Part shown: one piece after another, positions 1-7,677 of the stretch
Position numbering within the stretch: position 1 is the stretch's first letter
Layout of the letters: the number at the start of each line of letters is the position of its first letter
NCBI GenBank assembly: GCA_964386385.1
Contig: CAYLRN010000001.1
Coordinates: 172,706-236,705 of the forward strand
DNA length: 64,000 nt
Origin: an uncultured Lentisphaeraceae bacterium
Lineage (GTDB): Bacteria; Verrucomicrobiota; Kiritimatiellia; RFP12; UBA1067
Direction: 5' to 3'
Program-made: the position numbers and the translations under genes
Notes under the pieces: generated by a model
Database searches by the model: none
What the model saw: the letters and a program-made list of their open reading frames with translations, nothing else
What the model was told of the DNA's origin: nothing

Positions 1-1000
1 TCTGGAGGGCCTGCCCCGCCTGCCCCTTCATCAGGTTGTCGATGATGGAGACGATGCGGAGCTTGCGGACGCGCGCGTCCACGGAAACGACGACGATGCA
101 GCGGTTCGTCCCGCGCACGCTCATCGTCCCCACGGCCGCCGTCGACGGGACCACACGGACGAACGGGCTGCCGGCGTAGTACTCGCGGTAGATCTCAAGC
201 GCCTCCTCCTCCGTGACGTCCCGCGTCAGGTCTCCGTAGAGCGTGGAGAGGATGCCGCGCGAAATCGGAAGCACCTGGGCGGTGAAAATCAGTTTCACGT
301 CCTCGCCGCCCTGAAGCGACAGTTCGCGCTCCACCTCGCACACGTGCTGATGCCCGGAAAGGCGGTACGCGTTCACCTGCTCCATGCGCTCCGGATAGTG
401 GAACTGCGCCTTGGGCTTCTTGCCGGCGCCGGAGACGCCGCTCTTGCAGTCGCAGACGATCGAGTGCGGCATGACGAGATGGCTCTTCATCGCGGGCGCC
501 AGGCCGAGGATGCAGCTTGTGGCGAAGCAGCCGGGATTGCCGACGAGACGCGCGTTCGCGATTTCGGCGCGATGCAGCTCCGGCATTCCGTAGACGTTCG
601 TGCCGAGAAGTTCGGGGGAGAGGTGCGACGGGTCGCGGCCGAGGCGCGTGGCGTAGTCCTCGTAGGCGGCGAGCGTCGTGAAGCGGAAGTCGCCGGAATA
701 GTCGATCACGCGCGCGCCCTTGTCGAGCTCGGCCCTAGCGTCGGCCATGCCGACGCGGTCCGGCGTCGAGAAGAACACCACGTCGAAAGCGCCCTGCGCC
801 GCAGGGTCGTCCGCCGCAAGAATCGGAAGGTCGCAGTATCCCGCAAGGTGCGGATACACGTCGGAAATCCTCTTGCCGGCGTCGTCCCGCGCCACCAGCG
901 CCCCGATTTCGGCGTTCGGATGGCGCAGCAGAAGGTCGATGATGCCGAGGCCGCCGTATCCGGTGGCGCCGACTACTTTAACTCTGATTTTCCTGTCCAT
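1..1000 (-). CDS. argC: N-acetyl-gamma-glutamyl-phosphate reductase (C-terminal end runs off the window start)
   Basis: Own translation of the minus strand from the ATG at 1000-998 gives MDRKIRVKVVGATGYGGLGIIDLLLRHPNAEIG... It has a GATGYxG NAD-binding N-terminus and the active-site stretch GNPGCFATS. The frame stays open to position 1. The ORF is absent from the track because it is truncated by the window edge. Confidence 0.9.
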   Translation of the reverse strand, partial: MDRKIRVKVVGATGYGGLGIIDLLLRHPNAEIGALVARDDAGKRISDVYPHLAGYCDLPILAADDPAAQGAFDVVFFSTPDRVGMADARAELDKGARVIDYSGDFRFTTLAAYEDYATRLGRDPSHLSPELLGTNVYGMPELHRAEIANARLVGNPGCFATSCILGLAPAMKSHLVMPHSIVCDCKSGVSGAGKKPKAQFHYPERMEQVNAYRLSGHQHVCEVERELSLQGGEDVKLIFTAQVLPISRGILSTLYGDLTRDVTEEEALEIYREYYAGSPFVRVVPSTAAVGTMSVRGTNRCIVVVSVDARVRKLRIVSIIDNLMKGQAGQALQ

Positions 1001-1085
1001 AGATTGGAGTATTCTAGCACACTTTGCGGCTTTAGTCTTTCCCATTGTGCGCCGGGATTCTGATGACGCCGTATGCGATTCTCCA

Positions 1086-1195
1086 TGGGAGGGACGCGCT
1101 CCTGCGCGTCCGCCAACGCGGCGGGGCGGGACGCCCCGCCCTACCATCGTGCCATTTCACCGGCAGAGGGCGGACGAGGATGTCCCCCCTCCCAT
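1086..1195. repeat. Intergenic GC-hairpin repeat cluster A (GGGAGGG/GGTAGGG-flanked stem-loops)
   Basis: TGGGAGG-GACGCGC-TCCT-GCGCGTC at 1086-1110. GGCGGGGC-GGGAC-GCCCCGCC-CTACC at 1120-1145. A degenerate third copy ends in CCCTCCCA near 1167-1195. Related units occur at about 3626-3773, 25894-26054 and 27447-27645. Confidence 0.8.
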
Positions 1196-1227
1196 GTGGG
1201 GCGTTCTTGTCCGCCATTCGCGAAATG

Positions 1228-1828
1228 TCAGTAGACCTCCCACAGCAGGGCAGACGCCAATTCCGCCTCCTCATGCGCGGAGACGCCGCTCTCGCCATTG
1301 CCCGGCGCACCTTTCGGACGGGATAGTCTCTTCATCGAGCCGTAGTAGCTGTATGGCGCACCGAAATACCGCTCCTTCTCCGCACCGCCGCACGGCCGCG
1401 TCTCGTTCGCGTCTTTTGCGGCAGAACGCCCATGTCGCCTCCATCTGCGCGTTCGCATTCGCGCCGTCCAGTTTGAACGCCAAAAGGCATTCCCTCGGCT
1501 CCTTGCGGTACTGCTTCAACTTGTCTTCCGCCGCAAGGCACTCCGTCATGTAGTGGCGGATCTGGTTGGACAGGATCACGTCGTATTCGGACGTTCCGTC
1601 TATCTTGAGCGAAGACAGTTCCGTGACTATAGAGACAATCAGGTCGTTGTACGACTTTTTCTTCTCGTGACCCTCGTCGCGCAGGGCCTTCACCGCGGCA
1701 AGCGCACACCATCCGAACGCATTGAGCGCCTTTTCGGAGTCAATGTTGAACAGCGCTTTCGCGAGGTAGTACGACGCGGTGAACTGCAATCGAAATGGCT
1801 CACCTCGCCGAAGATTTCTGCGATGCAC
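1228..1828 (-). pseudogene. Hypothetical protein, apparently frameshifted (or an assembly indel)
   Basis: ORF 1271..1828 reads plausibly (FTASYYLAKALFNIDSEKALNAFGWCALAAVKALRDEGHEKKKSYNDLIV...AQMEATWAFCRK) and then turns into Arg-rich junk. The overlapping ORF 1228..1458 becomes plausible exactly there (...DANETRPCGGAEKERYFGAPYSYYGSMKRL...LLWEVY*). I recognise no family. GC is locally lower. Confidence 0.35.
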
Positions 1829-2063
1829 CTAGGCAGCGTTCTGAACTGTCTCATTCTCTCTCCTTTTCCCCATGTACGTTCTGCGCTCCGCCCCGCGCGT
1901 CCCCGCCGTCGGCGGCCGCCCTCTCCGCCGCCGCCCTGGCGGCAGCGCCGAACTCGGCGGCCTGTGTTCGTGACAATTCCCCCCTCTTCCCTGGTCGCGC
2001 CGTTGTGTCCGACGGCGCGACCGTCGACTATCTTCTCGCCGACCGGCGGCAAGTTGCCGGCAA

Positions 2064-2087
2064 CTCAACCGCTTGACCGCTTAACCC
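2064..2087. repeat. Three tandem 8-bp units CTCAAccg/CTTGAccg/CTTAAccc (same word family as the array at 42077-42178)
   Basis: Direct reading of 2064-2087. The 11-mer GCTTGACCGCT is shared with 42159-42169. Confidence 0.6.
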
Positions 2088-2224
2088 AAAGGCCCACGGC
2101 CCATCCGTTCGCCCGGCCGGTCCAGCGCCTTGAGGACGAGGGCGCGGACGGCGGGCGCAAGCGCGTCCACCTTCGTGGCGGCGCACACGGCGGCGACCTC
2201 CGACTCCTTCAGCCGGACGTTCAC
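2081..2224 (-). CDS. Possible small ribbon-helix-helix (CopG/MobC-like) protein, GTG start
   Basis: Own translation gives (V/M)NVRLKESEVAAVCAATKVDALAPAVRALVLKALDRPGERMGRGPLG*. The strand-helix-helix pattern is typical of RHH proteins. It is below the size cutoff of the ORF track. The start is uncertain, and it could be a frameshifted continuation of the 2316..2609 ORF. Confidence 0.3.
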   Translation of the reverse strand: MNVRLKESEVAAVCAATKVDALAPAVRALVLKALDRPGERMGRGPLG

Positions 2225-2315
2225 CTGCCGCCATTCTTCTCCGCATGTGTCATTCGTGTCGTTGCTTTCCCTTTCGCTTCCCCTTATTCGCCTTGTTCGC
2301 TTTTCGGCGCATGCT

Positions 2316-2609
2316 TCAAATCGTCTCCGCCTTTACTGCGCCCCCTGCAACTGAACCGCGGACGGCGCGGGCGAAACCACCTCGTGTCCGAAAAAGATGG
2401 TTTCGTGCTTTTTCAATGTCCTCGGCAATTTTTCGATATTCGTCAGGCGTAAGCTGAACGTCCCGCGTTGCATGCCGAAGCGCAAGAATGTAAGCATCTT
2501 TGACGGTCATACTTTCATCTTGTCGAAAGCGCTTTGCCACTTTTGCATCGAGGTCGCGCTGAACACGAAGCGCCCTCTGAATGTTCCTAACGTCTGGCAT
2601 GTTGCTCAT
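2316..2609 (-). CDS. Small hypothetical protein, RHH/antitoxin-like
   Basis: 97-aa ORF with normal composition (MSNMPDVRNIQRALRVQRDLDAKVAKRFRQDESMTVKDAYILALRHATRDVQLTPDEYRKIAEDIEKA...). The N-terminal pattern resembles an RHH fold. The region is visibly lower in GC. The C-terminal tail looks less protein-like. Confidence 0.5.
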   Translation of the reverse strand: MSNMPDVRNIQRALRVQRDLDAKVAKRFRQDESMTVKDAYILALRHATRDVQLTPDEYRKIAEDIEKARNHLFRTRGGFARAVRGSVAGGAVKAETI

Positions 2610-2723
2610 CGCTCAATCTCCTTGCGGCGCGCGTTCCGCCGAGGCGCGGAAGGGCGCACTCGGTGGAAGAAGAAATGCCGCGCTTGTCTTTTCCGTTGGT
2701 TAGGCATCTACGTTCCTCACCGC

Positions 2724-3185
2724 TCACGCCATCGCCAATTCACGGCGAGTCCTGCGCCTTGTTGGAGCGGCGGCTTTCGGCACAGAGGCGGTCGCCTTGA
2801 GCCCAAGGGCAATGCCGTCCCAGATCGCGCTTCCGATCTGGTCGCCCCGCGCCCGTGCGACGACCGCGAGCGACTGTGCGACAAAGGCGGGGTTGCCGTC
2901 CTCAATGGCCGCGAGGATGAATTCCCCCTGCGCTTTCGGCGTTGTGAGGCTTTCCTCTGGCTTCCAGTCGTGGAGCTTCGGCCGCGCCGTGTCCTGCACG
3001 GCGAGTTCGGGATGCCGCGCAAGGTCACGCGCCGAGATGACATCAAGCGCATGGCGACCCGTCTTGCGGAAGTGGGCGCGGTCCGCCTCGACCTCCAGCC
3101 GTGCGCGGATGGAGCGCGCCGCGTCGATGTCGCATGCGTTCTCGGCCATGATGGCCTTCAGTGTTGGCAGTCTTGTCATGCTCAT
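2724..3185 (-). CDS. Putative addiction-module antidote protein (HigA/TIGR02684-like), partner of the upstream toxin
   Basis: The stretch ...LHDWKPEESLTTPKAQGEFILAAIEDGNPAFVAQSLAVVARARG... matches the conserved core of 'probable addiction module antidote' proteins. The gene starts 4 nt after the toxin ORF ends. The expected C-terminal HTH looks shortened or divergent. Confidence 0.6.
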   Translation of the reverse strand: MSMTRLPTLKAIMAENACDIDAARSIRARLEVEADRAHFRKTGRHALDVISARDLARHPELAVQDTARPKLHDWKPEESLTTPKAQGEFILAAIEDGNPAFVAQSLAVVARARGDQIGSAIWDGIALGLKATASVPKAAAPTRRRTRRELAMA

Positions 3186-3188
3186 GTG

Positions 3189-3482
3189 TCAACCTCCGAT
3201 GTGCAACTTTGAGTGAGACCCCGTGCGAACGAGGACGAGTTCGAGCCTCCCCTCGTCCTTCGAGTAGACGAGCAGCCAGTCCGGCCCGACATGGCATTCG
3301 CGATAGCCGCGCCAGCTGCCCGTGAGCGCGTGGTCGCGGTTGCGGGGCGGGAGGGCGATGTCTCCGGCAAGCAGCCGCACCACGAGTTCGAGCTTCTCAA
3401 GGTCGAGGCCGCTTTTCGCCGCCGCCTTGCAGTCGCGCTTGTACTGCGTCGTCTTGATGATGTCGTATTTGAGCGTTTCCAT
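3189..3482 (-). CDS. Type II toxin, RelE/YafQ family mRNA interferase
   Basis: 97 aa: METLKYDIIKTTQYKRDCKAAAKSGLDLEKLELVVRLLAGDIALPPRNRDHALTGSWRGYRECHVGPDWLLVYSKDEGRLELVLVRTGSHSKL. This is the characteristic YafQ/RelE layout (F/YKRD..K, DH.L.G.W.g.RECHi.pDwLLiY, L.RtGsHS.L). Confidence 0.85.
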   Translation of the reverse strand: METLKYDIIKTTQYKRDCKAAAKSGLDLEKLELVVRLLAGDIALPPRNRDHALTGSWRGYRECHVGPDWLLVYSKDEGRLELVLVRTGSHSKLHIGG

Positions 3483-3625
3483 CTGTCGTTCCCTTTCGCC
3501 GCCCCTTGGGGGCTTTGATGGTGCGTATTATAGCACAAGGTGGTTTCACCGCAACGGCCCAAACGTATTTTTACCGCGTTTTATTTTTCCCTCTACGCCC
3601 TCATCGGCGGCGGTGGTATAATCGG

Positions 3626-3773
3626 CAGGGCGAAGCGTCCCGCCCCGCCGTGTCCGCCATCGGGAGGGCGCGTGTCCTCACGCGCCGTGGGCGGAGCGGG
3701 AGGGACGCGCTTCTGCGCGTCCGCCGTCACGCACGATTCCATGTTTCGGTCGCGCAGAAGCGCGCCCCTCCCA
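3626..3773. repeat. Intergenic GC-hairpin repeat cluster B
   Basis: GGGAGG-GGCGCGTG-TCCT-CACGCGCC at 3662-3686. GGGAGG-GACGCGC-TTCT-GCGCGTC at 3698-3721. An inverted copy TCGCGC-AGAA-GCGCGC-CCCTCCCA at 3750-3773. A degenerate GGGCGaaGCGTCCCGCCCCGCC at about 3626-3649. Confidence 0.8.
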
Positions 3774-3796
3774 GGCATACGAGAATCTGCGAAGCG

Positions 3797-6700
3797 TCAG
3801 CGGAGGATCAGCAGCGTTCCGACGGCGGTGACGACGGAGATGCGGCCGTTCTCGAAGACGAGCGCGGAGTTCGGCGCAGCGCCAGAGACGGAACACGCAA
3901 GGTCCGCCGCGTCTGGCTCGTCGCCGGAGTACGCGAAGAGCGGGAATTTGGGCGGCAGCTTCACCGGACGGTCTGCCATCTGCACGACCGCGCCCTTCTC
4001 GGACTTGAACTTCGCAAGCGGGACGGGAGCGGACTGGCTGAAGCTCGCGCGCAGGACGCCGCCGCTCTGCAGCCACAGTTCGTCCAGCGCCTCCGGCGTC
4101 GCAGCCACCATGTCGAAGACGCCGCCGGCCGCGACGCCGAGCGTTCCGCGCACGGAACCGGCCACCGCCAGGCGCTGCCCGGCGGCCAGCGCGAAGGGCC
4201 GGTTCGTCGTCGTCGGCAGCACGAGGCTCGCGCCCGCCGCCACAGTGACGTTCGTCGCGGCGAGGCCGCACGCGCCCGAATCGCTCGCATGGGGGAACTG
4301 CGAGGGCGTCAGGATGCCGTACTTCGCAACCCAGGCGTCGGTCAGAGCCTTTACGGCCGCGTCGTCGATGAAGGAATCGTAGAGGCGCACCGCGGCGATC
4401 TCCCCCTTGTAGTTGAAGTCGCAGTTGCCGCTGCCGACAAGAACGCGCATTGCCTCGCGCGGCGTTCCGCCGGATCCGGCCGCCAAGAGGCGCATATGCG
4501 TGAAAACGCCGTCCACGACGATGCGCATGAGGCCGGTGTCAGTGTCGAAGGAGCAGACGGCGCAGTGAGGCTGGCCGTCGGCGAGGTCCCAGACGCGGCT
4601 GACAGTGGACTGGTCGCCGCGCGTAGACACGTTCTTTCCGCCGTAGCCGGCCATGACGCGGTTGCCCTCGCCCCAGAGACCCAGTCCCCAGTCCGCCCGG
4701 TTGCTGGTGGGAAGTTCCGCGCCGACCATAACTGACGACGCGAAGAAGTTGCGGTTCATGGTCACGGAATCAGGCATGTTTCCGTTCGTCGACGTGCGGA
4801 ATACGACCGCAGCCGTCCAGGCGACCTTGCCGGAGGCTGGCGAATCGCCGGCGGGGATGCCGAGGGAGGTGTTGTTTCCGTTGAAATAGACGGAGTTGTG
4901 TCCGTTGATCGCGCCCTTGCGCAGAACGGGTCCCTTCCAGGTGGAGGCGTAGGACGTGGCCGACAGGTCGCTTGTTCCCGTGATGCGCGTGACGTTCGCC
5001 TTGTTCGCCGTGCGCGTTCCATCCGTCGAAAGCCATTCCGTCACCTCCGCACCGTCGGCGACGTCGACGATCGAATCGGCGTCCCACGCGGCGGCGCCGT
5101 CGTCCGGAATTGCCGCGGGGACTTTCTCCCCCATCGGCGGAACGTCGCCCTGCGCCGAATCGTCATCCAGCTCTCCAACCGCGTAGACGCTCGCAGGCGC
5201 GCCGTACTTCCCGGCGAGTTCCACGCCGACGGCGGCCTTTTCGCTCCATGTCAGAGTCCTGCCGGGATAGAAGCGGATCTCGGCCAGCGCGCCCGTGAAC
5301 GCGAACTTGTACGGGGCGTCGGCGTCGGCAATGTTCTGGACGCCGAAGTAGATGTCCGCCGCGTTGCGCGGGCTGCGCGTCGTCTCGTCGAGGTCGACGG
5401 CCCTCTCGACGGTCTCGCCGTCGACGGAGAGCGTGAGCGTCCCGTCGCCGGCCATGGCGTAGATGGCAACGTGCGGCCGGCCGTCGGCGTAGCTGCGAGC
5501 CTTCGTGTAGACGCTGTAGTCCTTGTTGAGCTTGGCGACGCCGAAGCCGGCGCCGACATGTCCGTTCGCGCCGAAGACAAGCCCCCAGTCGTTCACGCAG
5601 CCCGGCTGTTCGCGTCCGAGAATGCCGGTCTCCATATACCACGAGTTGTCCCAGCCCAGGCCGGGCGTCGCAGTCTTGAAGACGACTGCCAGCGTCCAGT
5701 TGGTCTGCCCTGCGAGCGGATTTTCCTCCGCCACGACCTTGAGCGCGGAGTGGTCGAACACGACGCCCGGCCGGCCGTTGAACTCGTCGAGAGAGGCCTT
5801 GGGAACTGTCGTCGGATTCGACGAAAACGTCGGAACCACGGCAGTGCGCGAGGCAGTGGAGTCCGGCCATGCGACGACGTCGTCCCCGTCGGCAAGAGCC
5901 GCGACGGCGTCCTCCGCGCGCCAGGCTACGCATCCGGCGGCAGTCGCGGAAGAGGAGGAGGACATTGGCGCGCCCAGTATCTTGACCGTCCCCTCGTCGA
6001 CGGCGAGTTCGCCCGTGAACGCCGAGGCGTCCCCGAGGACGAGCGTGCCGGCCCCCTTCTTCGTGAGGACGCCGCATCCCTTGAGCGGGGCGCGCATGGC
6101 GAATCGGCGGTCCCGCGTGTCGACTGTCGCAGAGGCTCCGGAAGGGACGATCGTGTCGAGTTCGCTGAACGAGTCGGCCGTAGCCGCGAGCGTTCCGCCG
6201 CGCAGTTCGACGCGATACCAGGAGTCGGTCGTCGCGCCCGAGTTCCACCGCCCTTCAGTGGCCGAGAATCCGCGCGAACCGATTTCGAAGAGGCCGCCGG
6301 AGAGCGTGAACGTGCAGTAGCTGTTCGTGACGGGAATCTGGCGGTCGGCCCCGAACGTCGTCGCTCCGCCCAGCGCGACGCGCGGGACGCGCACGGCGCC
6401 GCCCGACTGGCGGTATGCGGCGGAGGGGGAGTTCACGACCGTTCCGTTGTCGCGCCTTGAGAACGCGAGGATCAGTCCGTCGTCGCCCGGCTGGCTGGAA
6501 GAGGTTTCGTCGACGGCAAGCGTTCCGCCCTTCACCGTGAAGTCGTGGGAGACGAGCTGGTGGCCGCCGCGGTCGCCCATCCAGAGCGTCCCCAGATTCG
6601 CCGTGCCGCCGTCCAGGACGAACTTCGGGTTGGCGTACCAGGTAGAAGAGCCGTTGCCCATGTAGAACGTCGTAGCGTCGAAGCGTCCGCCCGTCAGTTC

Positions 6701-7552
6701 GTAGAGCGAGTCGTACTTGCTGAAGCCGACCTGCGCCAGGACCGCCTTGACGTGTCCGCCGGACTGGCGGAACTCGCCGGAGTCGACGACGAAGACGCCG
6801 TTTGTGAAGACCGCGCCGTCGCCAAAGACCACCTTCGGCGCGCCCGGCTGCGTGAGAAGCAGATAGCTGCCTCCGCCACCCATGTTGACGACGACGCCGG
6901 GGAAGACGTCCTTCCAGTCCGCCTTGTCGGTGAACGTCAGTTCGAGCCGGGCGCTTCCGCTCCAGCGAAAGTCCTGCGCCCAGACGCCAGGTTTCGCCAG
7001 GCGCGCGACATTGTGTCCGCCGGACGCGAAGCGGTAGCCGAGCGTCCCCGCATAGGCCGGCGGCGCATTGTGGCAGGCCAGCACGGCGTTGGAGACTACG
7101 AGTTCGGAATTGCCGCCGATGGCGGCGTTGAAAAAGACCTTTGCCAGTCCGAAATCCCATGTCTGGTCCGCGGCCGTCGCCAGGCGGACGCTGAACGTGA
7201 GGTTGGAATCCGCCCCTGCGGCATGGCGGGCCGTCAGGCCGTCCGCGCCCAGGGCCAGCGTCGTCGTCGCGCCGGCCGCCGCGTTCGTGCCGACGACGAC
7301 GGCGCCGTTGGGGACGTTCGTGAGGACGAGGCCGCCTAACGCGAGGCTGGCGGAATTCGTCAGGGCAGCCATTCCCGGCCGCGCCGCGAAGTCGACCCAC
7401 GCGACGTCGTCCTCCCCCGGCAGGACACCGCCCGCCCAGTTCGCCGCGACGGCCATGTCCGCCGATTCCGCGCCGGAGAACCTTACGACCTCGCCCCGCG
7501 CCATCGCGAGAGCAAGCCCCATTGCGACTGCACAATACGCCGCCTTGACCAT
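3797..7552 (-). CDS. Giant secreted/surface protein with autotransporter-associated beta-strand repeats and two LamG (concanavalin-A-like) domains
   Basis: I place the start at ATG 7552, preceded by AAGGAGG, which gives the signal peptide MVKAAYCAVAMGLALAMA. The 131 Arg-rich codons upstream in the track ORF are rejected. PATR-like segment: KKGAGTLVLGDASAFTGELAVDEGTVKILG. LamG-type endings: LAEIRFYPGRTLTWSEKAAV..AGKYG and IAAVRLYDSFIDDAAVKALTDAWVAKYG. Confidence 0.8.
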   Translation of the reverse strand: MVKAAYCAVAMGLALAMARGEVVRFSGAESADMAVAANWAGGVLPGEDDVAWVDFAARPGMAALTNSASLALGGLVLTNVPNGAVVVGTNAAAGATTTLALGADGLTARHAAGADSNLTFSVRLATAADQTWDFGLAKVFFNAAIGGNSELVVSNAVLACHNAPPAYAGTLGYRFASGGHNVARLAKPGVWAQDFRWSGSARLELTFTDKADWKDVFPGVVVNMGGGGSYLLLTQPGAPKVVFGDGAVFTNGVFVVDSGEFRQSGGHVKAVLAQVGFSKYDSLYELTGGRFDATTFYMGNGSSTWYANPKFVLDGGTANLGTLWMGDRGGHQLVSHDFTVKGGTLAVDETSSSQPGDDGLILAFSRRDNGTVVNSPSAAYRQSGGAVRVPRVALGGATTFGADRQIPVTNSYCTFTLSGGLFEIGSRGFSATEGRWNSGATTDSWYRVELRGGTLAATADSFSELDTIVPSGASATVDTRDRRFAMRAPLKGCGVLTKKGAGTLVLGDASAFTGELAVDEGTVKILGAPMSSSSSATAAGCVAWRAEDAVAALADGDDVVAWPDSTASRTAVVPTFSSNPTTVPKASLDEFNGRPGVVFDHSALKVVAEENPLAGQTNWTLAVVFKTATPGLGWDNSWYMETGILGREQPGCVNDWGLVFGANGHVGAGFGVAKLNKDYSVYTKARSYADGRPHVAIYAMAGDGTLTLSVDGETVERAVDLDETTRSPRNAADIYFGVQNIADADAPYKFAFTGALAEIRFYPGRTLTWSEKAAVGVELAGKYGAPASVYAVGELDDDSAQGDVPPMGEKVPAAIPDDGAAAWDADSIVDVADGAEVTEWLSTDGTRTANKANVTRITGTSDLSATSYASTWKGPVLRKGAINGHNSVYFNGNNTSLGIPAGDSPASGKVAWTAAVVFRTSTNGNMPDSVTMNRNFFASSVMVGAELPTSNRADWGLGLWGEGNRVMAGYGGKNVSTRGDQSTVSRVWDLADGQPHCAVCSFDTDTGLMRIVVDGVFTHMRLLAAGSGGTPREAMRVLVGSGNCDFNYKGEIAAVRLYDSFIDDAAVKALTDAWVAKYGILTPSQFPHASDSGACGLAATNVTVAAGASLVLPTTTNRPFALAAGQRLAVAGSVRGTLGVAAGGVFDMVAATPEALDELWLQSGGVLRASFSQSAPVPLAKFKSEKGAVVQMADRPVKLPPKFPLFAYSGDEPDAADLACSVSGAAPNSALVFENGRISVVTAVGTLLILR

Positions 7553-7625
7553 TTCAAGCCTCCTTGCCAGAGAATGCCACCCGCCGCGCTTGGCGGAAAC
7601 TGCAGAGTCCGAATGCATATGAAGC

Positions 7626-7653
7626 ATTATATCCGTTTTTTTTTTCTCGTCAA
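7626..7653 (-). promoter_or_regulatory. Sigma70-type promoter TTGACG-N16-TATAAT whose spacer contains an A10 homopolymer
   Basis: The minus strand reads caaTTGACGag(A)10cggaTATAATgcttc. The -35 is at 7653-7648, the -10 at 7631-7626 and the T10 run on the plus strand at 7636-7645. It lies about 70 nt upstream of ATG 7552. Confidence 0.65.
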
Positions 7654-7677
7654 TTGCGTTCGCCATAAATGGGCGAT

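Noticed and set aside
344-1553. Plus-strand ORFs 344..1063 and 720..1553
   Set aside because: They are antisense to or out of frame with argC, or they run through the hairpin-repeat cluster. Their composition is not protein-like.
4898-7535. ORFs of 360-520 aa (4898..6460 +, 5163..6248 -, 6255..7535 -, 6545..7339 +) inside the LamG/PATR gene
   Set aside because: All have low-complexity Arg/Gly/Ala-rich composition. They overlap the 3797..7552 frame, which has a signal peptide, an RBS and recognisable PATR/LamG motifs.
7636-7645. Considered the T10 run (and the T9 run at 39942-39950) as U-tracts of rho-independent terminators on the plus strand
   Set aside because: No GC-rich stem precedes either run on the plus strand. 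Both runs sit exactly between consensus -35 and -10 hexamers on the minus strand, just upstream of large genes.
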